A stretch of 46,245 bases of DNA from an uncultured bacterium (GCA_964637885.1 CAZWXO010000005.1:1-46245); one strand, 5' to 3'; shown: positions 9,066 to 18,805, counted from the stretch's first letter. Notes: generated by a model not told the origin, from the letters alone. A program made the numbers and translations.

Positions 9066-10015
9066 GTCAGATTAAGGTTGCTACGAGAGATGCCTACGGG
9101 AAGGCGCTGGCTCGCCTAGGTGAGGAAAACCCGCAAGTTGTCGTACTGGATGCGGATTTATCGAAATCGACTAAAACGGTGGACTTTGCCAAGGCGTTTC
9201 CTGAGAGGTTTTTCAACATGGGCATCGCTGAAGCGAATATGATGGGAACGGCAGCTGGCCTTGCCGCAGCCGGCAAAATTCCCTTTGCCAGTACCTTTGC
9301 AATTTTTGCCACCGGGCGCGCCTTTGAGCAGGTCCGCAACTCGATTGCTTATCCTTCCTTGAACGTCAAGATTGCTGCTTCCCACGCCGGGGTCACCGTT
9401 GGCGAGGATGGGGGCTCGCACCAAGCTATCGAAGACATCGCTTTGATGCGCGTCTTGCCGCACATGACCGTCATTGTCCCCTCGGACGGACCTTCGACAG
9501 AGGCAGCTGTGTTTGCGGCGGCTGAGCATCAAGGGCCGGTTTATCTGCGTCTGGGTCGACCTGGGGTTCCAATTCTATATCCGGAGGGGATCGACTTTAA
9601 GATTGGCCAGGCCGTAGTATTGCGTCCGGGGCACGACCTGACGATTATTGCTTGCGGAATAATGGTCTCAATTGCTTTGGAAGCCGCTGAAATATTGGCC
9701 GGCAAAGGGATTGATGCCCGGGTGCTGGACTGTCATACGATCAAGCCTCTGGACGTCGTCGCGGTGCTGGCTGCCGCCAAGGAAACCGGGCTGATCGTGA
9801 CGGCTGAAGAACATAGCGTCCTAGGGGGGCTTGGCGGTGCAGTCGCAGAAACAGTTGCTTCGTGCTATCCGGTACCGGTTCTTCGCGTTGGACTCGAGGA
9901 TTGCTTTGGTCAATCCGGGAAGCCAGACGAGCTGTTAAAAGAATACAACCTGACAGCGGAGCGGATTGTCGCTAAGGCTCAGTCGGGTTTAAAGATGCGA
10001 AGCAAAAATATTTAG
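9062..10015 (+). CDS. Transketolase, C-terminal subunit
   Basis: ATRDAYG, DADLSKST, MGIAEANM, GEDGGSHQ and EEHS motifs. ATGA overlap with the N-subunit gene. Confidence 0.95.
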   Translation: MSQIKVATRDAYGKALARLGEENPQVVVLDADLSKSTKTVDFAKAFPERFFNMGIAEANMMGTAAGLAAAGKIPFASTFAIFATGRAFEQVRNSIAYPSLNVKIAASHAGVTVGEDGGSHQAIEDIALMRVLPHMTVIVPSDGPSTEAAVFAAAEHQGPVYLRLGRPGVPILYPEGIDFKIGQAVVLRPGHDLTIIACGIMVSIALEAAEILAGKGIDARVLDCHTIKPLDVVAVLAAAKETGLIVTAEEHSVLGGLGGAVAETVASCYPVPVLRVGLEDCFGQSGKPDELLKEYNLTAERIVAKAQSGLKMRSKNI

Positions 10016-10072
10016 TTCCAGCACTGATGGCCGCAAGGCAAAGTCAGGATAGTTAATGAGAGGGTGGTGCGG

Positions 10073-10753
10073 ATGATTCAAGCTTTTAATCTTTCTTCAA
10101 GTTATGGCGGCGTAAATAATTCTTTGACTGATATCAATTTACATATTCATCGCGGGGAGTTTGCCTTTCTTGTTGGACCGAGCGGGGCGGGTAAGTCCAC
10201 CTTGATGAAAATCATTACTCGGGAAGTGGTCCCGACGCGGGGGCAGATGTTTATCAACGGCAAAAGCATTATTCGCCTGCGTAATTCCAAGGTTCCCCAT
10301 CTGCGACGTTCGATAGGGATCGTTTTTCAGGATTTCCGTCTTTTAGAGAACCGCACTGCCATCGACAATGTCAGTTTTGCCTTGCGGGTTGTGGAAACTC
10401 CCAAGCGGGAGATTCACTCCCGGGCGATGGCGGCACTGGAAATGGTTGGCTTGATGGGTAAGGCCCAGTCGTTGCCAAACGAAATGTCCGGAGGAGAGCA
10501 ACAACGGGTGGCGATTGCCCGGGCCATTGTCAACAATCCTCTATTAATCATTGCCGATGAGCCGACGGGGAATTTGGACCCGGATACATCTTGGGAAATA
10601 ATCAAACTGTTAGCGGAGATAAATCGCCGCGGGACAACTATTTTTATCGCCACTCATGACAAAGAAATGGTGAATAAAACCAAAAAAAGAGTTATTGCCC
10701 TGGAAAACGGCCGGATTGTCCGGGACGAGCAAAGGGGTGAGTACGAGGCATGA
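10073..10753 (+). CDS. ftsE: Cell-division ABC ATPase FtsE
   Basis: Walker A GPSGAGKST, VFQDFRLL, SGGEQQRV, ADEPTGNLD. Directly followed by ftsX. Confidence 0.95.
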   Translation: MIQAFNLSSSYGGVNNSLTDINLHIHRGEFAFLVGPSGAGKSTLMKIITREVVPTRGQMFINGKSIIRLRNSKVPHLRRSIGIVFQDFRLLENRTAIDNVSFALRVVETPKREIHSRAMAALEMVGLMGKAQSLPNEMSGGEQQRVAIARAIVNNPLLIIADEPTGNLDPDTSWEIIKLLAEINRRGTTIFIATHDKEMVNKTKKRVIALENGRIVRDEQRGEYEA

Positions 10754-11634
10754 GTGTACAATCATGGATTTACTATTTCAAAGAAGCCTTCGGCAGCATC
10801 CGGCGGAATATCTGGATGTCATTTGCTTCGACGGGTGTGGTCACCGTCACCCTGCTGATATTTGGTACCTTCTTGCTGACAGCCACTAATCTGGCAGTGA
10901 TGACTAAAAATTTAGAAACGACAGTCGAGATATCCGTCTTCCTGGACAAGGAGATTAAGGATGACGACCGGGTCCTTTTAGGGCGTGAGCTCGCCGCTAC
11001 CAAACACGTCGAGTCGGCCCGATTTGTCTCCAAGGAAGAGGGACTGAAACAGCTTCAACGTGAAATGGGTTGGGAAGACGAGGATCTTGAGGTTCTCGGG
11101 GCCAACCCGCTACCTGACGCCTACTATGTGCGGGTTGACAGCCCCGCTAATGTGGATTTGCTGGCGCGGACAATCACCCGGATGGAGGGAGTCGAAACCG
11201 TCCGCTATGGCAAAGACATCGTTGAAAAACTATTTCGCCTGACCCAGGCTCTCCGCTACACCGGGATAGTGCTTATTGTTCTGTTGGCTTTCGCAGCGGT
11301 TTTTATAATCGCAAATACGATTAAATTGACAGTGGTAGCCCGGCGCAAAGAGATTTCTATCATGAAAAGTGTGGGAGCGACGAATTGGTTTATTCGCTGG
11401 CCTTTTGCCCTCGAGGGATTGATTCTCGGGCTGGTCGGTAGCCTGATCGCGACTGGGGTGCTTTTTTGGGGATATCAATGGGTCCAGGTCAAGGTCAGCG
11501 AGCTCTTGCCTTTTATAGTGCTGGTTAAGGATGCCAATTTGTTGGGCATGAATTATTGGACAGTCATCAGCTTAGGTTGTTTGTTGGGTCTGGTGGGCAG
11601 CGCTGTGTCAATCAGGCGATATTTGAAAGTTTAG
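10750..11634 (+). CDS. ftsX: Cell-division permease FtsX
   Basis: Four-TM layout with an extracellular loop (NPLP), NTIKLTVVARRKEISIMKSVGATNWFIRWPFALEG. Confidence 0.95.
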   Translation: MSVQSWIYYFKEAFGSIRRNIWMSFASTGVVTVTLLIFGTFLLTATNLAVMTKNLETTVEISVFLDKEIKDDDRVLLGRELAATKHVESARFVSKEEGLKQLQREMGWEDEDLEVLGANPLPDAYYVRVDSPANVDLLARTITRMEGVETVRYGKDIVEKLFRLTQALRYTGIVLIVLLAFAAVFIIANTIKLTVVARRKEISIMKSVGATNWFIRWPFALEGLILGLVGSLIATGVLFWGYQWVQVKVSELLPFIVLVKDANLLGMNYWTVISLGCLLGLVGSAVSIRRYLKV

Positions 11635-11660
11635 TTAGTCTTTTTTATGGGGGTGTAAAG

Positions 11661-12827
11661 GTGGAAAGTATTAAATGTAAAAAATTAGCGCGCGTGGTGA
11701 CAGCTCTTGTCATCGGTGTGACGTTGGTTGCGGGATCGCTTCTAGTGCCGGGCATTGCCGCGGCGGACAATTTAGATGAAAAACAACAAGAGCTAAAAAA
11801 TGTTCAGAAACAGATTGATCAAAAACAAAAGGAACTGAACAAGGTCAAGAGTCAGCAAAGATCCGTTATTAACCAGTTGAACTCAGCGGAAACAAAGATG
11901 CGTACGGCGGAAAAGGATATCAAGACCATCGACTCCAAACTAGGAACGACCAAGCACACGATAGCGTCGACAAAAAAGGCGCTGGAGGAGACGACTAAAG
12001 AGCTGGAGCACACCCAGAAAGTGATGTCGACCCGTATCGAGAATATTTATATGACAGGGAAAGTCAGCTATCTGGAAGTGTTGGTCAATTCTGTCACCTT
12101 TGCTGATTTTCTCGATCGGATGGATATGATTCGGGAGATCTCCCGTCAGGATGTCGAAGTTTTTAAGGAAGTCCGGGCCAAAAAAATTGCCATTCAAAAG
12201 CAAAAGGCTGTACTGGAGGCCGAAGAAGAAAATCTGTCCAACTTGCTCCACGATCAACTGGAAAAGAAATTGGAATATGCCCAAACCGCCGAAGAGCGGG
12301 AAAAAGTCCTGAAACAGATTAACAGTGAGAAAAAGAAGCTCGAAGCGGCTCTGGATGAGATGGAACGCATCGCTCAACAGATGAATTCGACCATCGTGGC
12401 CTTGATGAAGGAAAATGGCATCAGCTCCGAGCAGTCCTATTCCGGCGGGGCGATGCTCAAGCCCGTCAATGGCAGGCTTTCCTCGCCGTACGGCTACCGG
12501 ATTCATCCGATTTTGAAGACCAAGAAATTCCATTCCGGAATTGATCTGGCGGCATCGTCAGGGACGCCGATTAAGGCTGCTAATGATGGCAAAGTCATCA
12601 AATCCGGCTGGAGCAGCGGCTATGGCAACACTGTTATTATTGATCATGGCGGCGGCATCACAACCTTGTATGCCCACGCCTCGGTGCTCAATTGCAAGGT
12701 GGGAGAATGGGTAAGCCGCGGGCAAACTATCGCCAAGGTCGGAAGCACGGGAATGTCGACCGGGCCTCACTTGCATTTTGAAGTTCGGATTAACGGCAAG
12801 ACCCAAAATCCGCAAAACTATATTTAA
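11661..12827 (+). CDS. EnvC/CwlO-like coiled-coil protein with C-terminal M23 peptidase domain
   Basis: Signal peptide, long coiled coil, then HSGIDLAA (HxxxD) and GPHLHFEV (HxH). Follows ftsEX. GTG start at 11661 chosen from the upstream GGGG RBS. Confidence 0.88.
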   Translation: MESIKCKKLARVVTALVIGVTLVAGSLLVPGIAAADNLDEKQQELKNVQKQIDQKQKELNKVKSQQRSVINQLNSAETKMRTAEKDIKTIDSKLGTTKHTIASTKKALEETTKELEHTQKVMSTRIENIYMTGKVSYLEVLVNSVTFADFLDRMDMIREISRQDVEVFKEVRAKKIAIQKQKAVLEAEEENLSNLLHDQLEKKLEYAQTAEEREKVLKQINSEKKKLEAALDEMERIAQQMNSTIVALMKENGISSEQSYSGGAMLKPVNGRLSSPYGYRIHPILKTKKFHSGIDLAASSGTPIKAANDGKVIKSGWSSGYGNTVIIDHGGGITTLYAHASVLNCKVGEWVSRGQTIAKVGSTGMSTGPHLHFEVRINGKTQNPQNYI

Positions 12828-12848
12828 AGAAAAGAGCAAGCGAGATAC

Positions 12849-14006
12849 ATGTTGATTAAAATATTCGGAAACCGTCACTTGCGACAGACGATGGTAACAG
12901 TCTTGGTGACTTTTGCAGTTACTTCCGCAGGATTTCTGGCTGCATATACTGTCTTTGTTCGCCCGCAACTCCGGGAGGGTGCTGTTGTGCTGGATGTCTT
13001 ACATCGGGTGCAGCGCAGCGCCTTAAACGAGCCAGAGATGGTCCGGCTCAAGCAGGGAGCCATCGACGGCATTATTGCCAGCACCGGTGACCCATATTCA
13101 TATTACCTTCCTCCACGGCGTTATTTGGAGATGGCTCATGAAAACGAGGGCTACTTCGAAGGTGTCGGCATCGAAGTGATGATGGAAAAGGATGGTTTGC
13201 GGGTGATTGCCCCGATTCGGGATACTCCTGCTGACTTAGGGGGGATGCAGCCCAAAGACTTGATCGTTGCTGTGGACGGCACCAGCACGGCTGGAATGAC
13301 TGTCAATCAGGCGATTAGCCGTATTCGCGGACCCGAGGGGACAGAGGTTGACCTTGAAGTCCTCCGCGAGGGGGAGAGCAAGTCCCTGCATTTTCGGTTG
13401 ACCCGCAGCAAAATCCCTATCGAGACAGTTGACGGAGAGATGCTGGAGGATAAAATCGGGTATATTGTCGTCGATAACTTTTCCGAAACCACTGCGGCGG
13501 AGTTTGACGTGATTTACAAGCGCTTACAGGACGAGGGAGCCAGGGGATGGGTTCTGGATCTACGGAATAATCCGGGGGGCTCGGTTCAAAGTTGTGCGGA
13601 GATTGCCCAGCGAATTGTCCCTAAGGGGAGAATAGTTACGGTTCGCTATCGGGATGGATCAGAAAATGTCTATGAGTCTGAGCTTGCTAAACTTGCGATG
13701 CCCTATGTGGTCTTAGTTAACGGAGGTAGCGCCAGCGCCTCGGAAATTTTAACTGGTGCCGTGCAGGACAATCAGGTTGCCCCCATTATCGGAACGACCA
13801 CCTTTGGTAAGGGTGTGGTGCAAACCGTCTCATCCTTGGGTAATGGTGGTGGTCTGATCTTGACTGTGGCCGAATATATGACTCCTAAAGGCAGGAAAAT
13901 ACACGAAAAGGGCATCACACCGGACTTTATTGTCGAGCAGCCAGATGAAGGTGAGGCTGATGTGCAGCTAGAATTTGCTGTTGATAAATTGTTGGAGAGC
14001 TTGTAA
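12849..14006 (+). CDS. S41 C-terminal processing peptidase (CtpA/CtpB family) with PDZ domain
   Basis: GDPYSYY, FEGVGI (PDZ), DLRNNPGG, NGGSASASEI (catalytic Ser) and FGKG (catalytic Lys). Confidence 0.93.
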   Translation: MLIKIFGNRHLRQTMVTVLVTFAVTSAGFLAAYTVFVRPQLREGAVVLDVLHRVQRSALNEPEMVRLKQGAIDGIIASTGDPYSYYLPPRRYLEMAHENEGYFEGVGIEVMMEKDGLRVIAPIRDTPADLGGMQPKDLIVAVDGTSTAGMTVNQAISRIRGPEGTEVDLEVLREGESKSLHFRLTRSKIPIETVDGEMLEDKIGYIVVDNFSETTAAEFDVIYKRLQDEGARGWVLDLRNNPGGSVQSCAEIAQRIVPKGRIVTVRYRDGSENVYESELAKLAMPYVVLVNGGSASASEILTGAVQDNQVAPIIGTTTFGKGVVQTVSSLGNGGGLILTVAEYMTPKGRKIHEKGITPDFIVEQPDEGEADVQLEFAVDKLLESL

Positions 14007-14022
14007 ATTAAGAAATCTAATC

Positions 14023-14047
14023 AAACCGCCCCCAAGGGCGGTTTTTT
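14023..14047 (+). terminator. Rho-independent terminator after the S41 gene
   Basis: AAACCGCCC-CCAA-GGGCGGTTT stem-loop followed by a T run. Confidence 0.85.
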
Positions 14048-14049
14048 AG

Positions 14050-14076
14050 CAGGGTTTTTGCAGCACTTTGTCGAAG
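14050..14076 (+). promoter_or_regulatory. Putative sigmaH-type promoter upstream of the histidine kinase
   Basis: CAGGGTTT-N12-GTCGAAG, resembling the sigmaH consensus RNAGGAWWW-N11/12-RNNGAAT. Confidence 0.4.
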
Positions 14077-14127
14077 TCTAACGAAAAGGGAAAGGTTTTT
14101 CGATTTTTATAACTCGAGGTGGCGCGT

Positions 14128-15876
14128 ATGACCCAGGACAATAGTCAAGAAAGAGATGCTTGTCAGCAGGAAGCTGATATCTATCGCTCGATTGCCCAAG
14201 CGATGAAGCCGGGGTACGCTGTGCTCCGCATAAATCGCAATGCTGCGGGCGAGGTTGAGACGCTAGTGTGGTACGATTTTGACCATGAATTTAGCCGACT
14301 TTTTGGGCCGCAGCTTAATAACGCAGTGGGGCTTTCCTTGCAGGATTGCCCTCTAAGCGATTTGGAAATGACTGATACTATTTTGGCAGTCGCCCGGACT
14401 GGGCAGGACTCCTGGTGCGAGCATGAAAATATCTTGACCCGCCATCTCATCGACTGCTATATTTATCGACCTTACCCCGATTATTTGTGTGTTTTATCCC
14501 ACGACCAGACGGTGGATAAAGAAATTAGAGCCGACTTGCGGCGTTACCAGTTAATTTCCGAGCATGGTCGGGATGCAATCCTTTATGTACGCCAATCGGA
14601 TGGTAAGATTGTCGAAGCCAACTTAGCCGCGGAAAAACTATACGGATACACTAAAAAAGAGTTGCTTGCACTGAAGATTCACGATTTAAGGAGAGCCGAT
14701 TTGCCAGCGAGTATCCGCAAGCAAATGACCAATTCTAGCGGAAACGGTGTATTGTTTGAAACTGTTCACTTGGACAAATCCGGTCATCAACTTGAGGTCG
14801 AGGTGTCCTCCAGGGGAATCGAGATCAAGGGAGAAGTGATTTTACTGTCGATTATCCGAGACATCCGGCAGCGGAGGGTTTTAGAACGTGAGCGGAACCA
14901 GGCGATGGAGAATATGCAGGAATCCTTGCTCCGGGAGAGAGGATTGCGCCACGAACTCGAGAAGAATAATCGCTCCTTGTCCGATTCTTTTGAAGCAGTC
15001 TGGAAAACGCAGTCGCAATTCGTCCAGCAGGAAAAGTTGGCGGGGATTGGTCAACTCGCTGCCGGAGTAGCGCATGAGATCAATAATCCCCTTGGATTTG
15101 TTTCGAGTAATATTGAAGTTCTAAAAAATTATGTCCAAAGTATTCAAACTAATTACGTTGCCTTCGAAGAATTGCTGCTTCTGATTGAAGGTAGCGGGCA
15201 GTTTGTCGAGGAAATAGGTATAATCCGCGACACTGAAAAGAAGACGAAGCTGTTCCGGGTTTTACAGGACCTGTCTGCCCTTGTGCAGGAGACGATGGAA
15301 GGAATCGAAAGGATGGCAAAGATTGTTAGCGGCTTGCGCAAATTTGCCCGCAGTGATCCCAACGAGGATTTTACTATTTACGACCTCAACGATGGAATCC
15401 GAACAACATTGATTGTCGCGCGGAACGAGATCAAGTACTATGCCAATGTTGAAGAGGATTTAGCCGAGGATCTCCCCACCATCGAAGCGAAGGGGGGCGA
15501 GATCAATCAGGTGTTGCTAAATATCATTGTGAATGCAGCGCAGGCTATCCAAGGAAAAAACTCTGATTCACTTGGCACCATCAGGGTAAAGACCTGGGAC
15601 GACGTAAAAAATGTCTATTGTCAGGTGATCGATGATGGGGTAGGAATGACGGACGAAGTCAGACAACATATCATCGAACCATTCTTTACAACCAAAGCGA
15701 TCGGTCAAGGCACGGGCCTGGGCTTGTCCATCTCTCATGAAATAATTGTCAATCACCATCTGGGGGGAATCGAAGTTGCGAGCGTTCCGAATCAGGGAAG
15801 CACTTTCACGATTCGCTTGCCGATTAGACAGGGGGAAGCGACGATCAATAAAAATGGCATCGAAGAGATGAGGTGA
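14128..15876 (+). CDS. Cytoplasmic PAS-domain sensor histidine kinase (HisKA/HATPase)
   Basis: PAS (DAILYVRQSDGKIVEANLAAEKLYGY), H-box GVAHEINNPL, N-box QVLLNIIVNAAQA, G1 DDGVGM, F-box PFFTTK, G2 GTGLGL. No TM segment seen. Alternative GTG start at 14119. Confidence 0.93.
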   Translation: MTQDNSQERDACQQEADIYRSIAQAMKPGYAVLRINRNAAGEVETLVWYDFDHEFSRLFGPQLNNAVGLSLQDCPLSDLEMTDTILAVARTGQDSWCEHENILTRHLIDCYIYRPYPDYLCVLSHDQTVDKEIRADLRRYQLISEHGRDAILYVRQSDGKIVEANLAAEKLYGYTKKELLALKIHDLRRADLPASIRKQMTNSSGNGVLFETVHLDKSGHQLEVEVSSRGIEIKGEVILLSIIRDIRQRRVLERERNQAMENMQESLLRERGLRHELEKNNRSLSDSFEAVWKTQSQFVQQEKLAGIGQLAAGVAHEINNPLGFVSSNIEVLKNYVQSIQTNYVAFEELLLLIEGSGQFVEEIGIIRDTEKKTKLFRVLQDLSALVQETMEGIERMAKIVSGLRKFARSDPNEDFTIYDLNDGIRTTLIVARNEIKYYANVEEDLAEDLPTIEAKGGEINQVLLNIIVNAAQAIQGKNSDSLGTIRVKTWDDVKNVYCQVIDDGVGMTDEVRQHIIEPFFTTKAIGQGTGLGLSISHEIIVNHHLGGIEVASVPNQGSTFTIRLPIRQGEATINKNGIEEMR

Positions 15877-15880
15877 AAAA

Positions 15881-17059
15881 ATGGCTAAGATTCTAGTTGT
15901 CGATGACGAGGACTATATCCTGCATTCCCTGGAGCGGACTTTTATCATGACGGATCATCAATTGGAGACAGCAATATCTGGAGCTGCTGCCTTGGCGATG
16001 CTGCGGGAAGCTAAATACGATGTGTTAATTTCTGACATGCGGATGCCGGTGATGAACGGACAGCAATTTCTTGCTCAGGCACGGCGCCTTTATCCCGATT
16101 CGATCCGCTTTATCCTTAGCGGATATGCGGACCGGGATATCGTTCTTGAGGCAGCCAGGCTTGGTGATGCTAAGGCTTTCTTGCTCAAGCCGTGGCAGAA
16201 TGAAGAAATGATCAAGCTTGTCGAGGAAGCGCTGGAAATGCGAGCCAGGCATCAGGCAGAAGGCCTTCAGTATTCCTTGGCAGCCTATTATGACCTGCCG
16301 GTCACAAAATATGTTAGGGATGAGCTCGTCGCTCTTTTGGCAACGGATAAGACAACTTCGACAATAACTGAAGCAGTGGCGAAACATGCGGGCGTAGTCG
16401 CCGCTCTGTTACGGATTTCCTGGGTGGCATTTTCCGGCAATCGTCCGTCTGGCTTGTACCATGCTTTGTCTTTGCTGGGTTGGGAAAATACAATGCATAT
16501 TTTGAAAAACCTACCTCTGAGGCAGGCAGATGAAACCGATGATTTATGCGATGGGCTGGCGGAAGGGGTAGATATGCATAGCCACTCTGTACAACGTGAG
16601 CTGGTGCGCTTGCTACAGTTCCTAAAGTTTAGCCGCCAGGAAATTGATTGCGATTACCTTGGATTGGTTCACGATATTGGTCTCGCCTGTTTGGCCGAGT
16701 TCCAGCCAGATCAATTGTCCCGGATTAGAACTGCGGCAGTAGCGGAGGGGATCTGCCTCCACGAAGCGGAGCAGAAAATTCTTGGCTTTGATCACGCTTT
16801 GCTGGGAGCCTCAATGTTGGAGTGGTGGGGTATTCCCAGCTACGTCTGCCAGGCAGTCCGGTGGCATCTGCAGCCGGGGATGGCTGCGCAAGAGGGGCAA
16901 AAGCCAGCGGCACTATTGCATCTGGCGAACTATTTAGCCCAGCAGGCTAGCGCCGGCGAACCGACAGATTCCCTGGACCGGGTAGCATTAGAAATACTTG
17001 GTATCGACGATCTGACCTGGCTCGCCTTGCAGGAGGGTCGCAGCGATGAACGAAAATAA
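15881..17059 (+). CDS. Response regulator with REC and HDOD domains
   Basis: REC (VVDD, ISDMRMP, SG, KPW) followed by HDOD-like HDIG...EAEQKILGFDHALLGASMLEWWGIP...RWH. Confidence 0.85.
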   Translation: MAKILVVDDEDYILHSLERTFIMTDHQLETAISGAAALAMLREAKYDVLISDMRMPVMNGQQFLAQARRLYPDSIRFILSGYADRDIVLEAARLGDAKAFLLKPWQNEEMIKLVEEALEMRARHQAEGLQYSLAAYYDLPVTKYVRDELVALLATDKTTSTITEAVAKHAGVVAALLRISWVAFSGNRPSGLYHALSLLGWENTMHILKNLPLRQADETDDLCDGLAEGVDMHSHSVQRELVRLLQFLKFSRQEIDCDYLGLVHDIGLACLAEFQPDQLSRIRTAAVAEGICLHEAEQKILGFDHALLGASMLEWWGIPSYVCQAVRWHLQPGMAAQEGQKPAALLHLANYLAQQASAGEPTDSLDRVALEILGIDDLTWLALQEGRSDERK

Positions 17060-18107
17060 TCGGATTCTCTTTGTCGACGACGAAAACCAAATCTTGCACG
17101 CCTTGCGGCGGGCTTTAATTGACGAAGGTTTCGAGATGCATTTTGCCGCTTCTGGGGCCGAAGCCCTTGCCATTCTTGAAACAAAAGAAATGGCTGTTAT
17201 TGTAGCCGACATGCGAATGCCGGGGATGGACGGGCTGACTTTGCTCAAAGAAGTTAAGCGGCGATGGCCTCTGACAGTGCGGATGGTTTTATCCGGCTAT
17301 GCCCAGATGCAGCAGATCATCGCCACAGTAAATAATGTCGACGTTTTTCGTTATTTATTGAAGCCCTGGAAACTCGACGATGGCTTTGTCGAGGCGCTGC
17401 ATCAGGCAGTTGAGTATCACAATTTATTAAAAGACAAGGAACTTCGCCAAATTTCCTTAGAGAAGAAAAATGCGACGTATCAGGGGATTATCCGCATCAC
17501 CGACGAATCTCTCAAGCGCCATCAGGAAGTTATCCGGTTTTTGACGGAATTAAACAAAGTGATGTGGCGGACAGTTAAGGATAATCTGGAACAAGGTGTT
17601 TTTGATGTGGAGATGGCGGGTGTTATGGAAGGCTTTGCGAACTCTATCTACGGAGGGTTTCTAGCTGATTCGGGCCGCTTCTCTCCTCAGGAGTTGTTGG
17701 TGGGACTGCGGGATCAATTAGTGAAAACACATAGCCTAGAGAAGGAAAAAATTTCCATCGTTGAAACGAATAAGAGTTATTTTTTGGGTCATAGCCCGCT
17801 ATTCGCAGTTTTACTTTCCTGCGCTATTTCGGCGGCGATGCTACGACGGAAGGTGAGCGCGATATTTATGGAGTGGCAGCTTGGCGAGAGTGATGCGGCT
17901 GAATTCCATTTAGCTTTTCTCGTCGAAATGGCGATGCCGGGGGAAGAGCCAATAGCGCTACTGCAAGATGGCAAGATTCCCTATCGGCAAATAGAAATCA
18001 TTTTAGGCTCGGTGGCTAAATTTCTTGGGGGCAACATTGTCATCTTGCAGCACCAGGCGGCTGTGGTCATACGCTTAGAGGTGGCTGTCAAAAAAACATC
18101 GGAATAA
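17046..18107 (+). CDS. Response regulator REC domain plus uncharacterised C-terminal domain
   Basis: ILFVDDE, VADMRMPGMDG, LSG, KPW, then a coiled coil and about 200 aa with no DNA-binding motif I can recognise. Confidence 0.8.
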   Translation: MNENNRILFVDDENQILHALRRALIDEGFEMHFAASGAEALAILETKEMAVIVADMRMPGMDGLTLLKEVKRRWPLTVRMVLSGYAQMQQIIATVNNVDVFRYLLKPWKLDDGFVEALHQAVEYHNLLKDKELRQISLEKKNATYQGIIRITDESLKRHQEVIRFLTELNKVMWRTVKDNLEQGVFDVEMAGVMEGFANSIYGGFLADSGRFSPQELLVGLRDQLVKTHSLEKEKISIVETNKSYFLGHSPLFAVLLSCAISAAMLRRKVSAIFMEWQLGESDAAEFHLAFLVEMAMPGEEPIALLQDGKIPYRQIEIILGSVAKFLGGNIVILQHQAAVVIRLEVAVKKTSE

Positions 18108-18123
18108 TGCCTCGAAGCCGCGT

Positions 18124-18708
18124 CTACAGGTGTTGCGTCCCCCAAAGAAAAATGTTGATTGTCAAGGCAAATTTCTGTCGCACGGTTTCTAGAGGTTCCT
18201 TGTTCCACAGCCAGTCGTCGACAATCCCGTCCAAGGAAGATAGCAAGACCTCGCCTAGAATGCGACTGTCGTAGGATCCGGCTAGCCCGTTTTCCTGCGC
18301 CTTTTTAATTCGGTCGGCCAGCATCTGCGGCTCAAAGGCAAAGCATTCCACCAAGCGCTGGCGATAGGGCGAATCCATGTTCACCCAGTAAAACTCGGGG
18401 AAGGTGTGGAAGAGAGGAAACTCCAGGGAGTCGCAATAGAGTTGACCGTAGCGGTGCAGCCAGGTGGCAAAATCTTCTATTTTGGCCAGCTCCGGATCAA
18501 TTATCTTGCGCCAATCCTCCATCCATTTCTCCAACATGCTGACGAAGATATCTTCCTTGCTCTTGAAATGGTGATAGATGCCGCCCTTGCTGATGCCTGA
18601 GAGCACGCGGATATCGTCTACCGAAGTATGGGAGTAGCCCTTGCGGCTGAAACAAACCATGGCAGCCTGAAGAATCCCTTGGCGCGTCGCTGAAGTTGCT
18701 GCATTCAA
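18124..18708 (-). CDS. TetR/AcrR-family transcriptional regulator
   Basis: HTH region FSRKGYSHTSVDDI...ISKGGIYHHFKSKEDIF. TTG start with GGAGG RBS. Confidence 0.92.
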   Translation of the reverse strand: MNAATSATRQGILQAAMVCFSRKGYSHTSVDDIRVLSGISKGGIYHHFKSKEDIFVSMLEKWMEDWRKIIDPELAKIEDFATWLHRYGQLYCDSLEFPLFHTFPEFYWVNMDSPYRQRLVECFAFEPQMLADRIKKAQENGLAGSYDSRILGEVLLSSLDGIVDDWLWNKEPLETVRQKFALTINIFLWGTQHL

Positions 18709-18730
18709 AAAAGGCCACCTCCTGTTCTAG

Positions 18731-18750
18731 GACAGACTAATCAGTTTGTC
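18731..18750. promoter_or_regulatory. Putative TetR autoregulatory operator
   Basis: Inverted repeat GACAGACT-AATC-AGTTTGTC (1 mismatch) overlapping the predicted tetR transcription start. Confidence 0.6.
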
Positions 18751-18755
18751 ACCGC

Positions 18756-18784
18756 AATATAGCAAAACCTCGCTGATTCGTCAA
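18756..18784 (-). promoter_or_regulatory. Putative sigmaA promoter of tetR
   Basis: Minus strand TTGACG-N17-TATATT with a TGn extension. Confidence 0.65.
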
Positions 18785-18805
18785 GAAATTTCTTTTTTGA
18801 CTGGG

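Noticed and set aside
10024-10047. CTGATG-GCC-GCAA-GGC-AAAG-TCAG between tkt and ftsE, superficially like a hammerhead core
   Set aside because: It lacks the required CUGAnGA...GAAA core and the flanking stems. It is better explained as a small GNRA hairpin.
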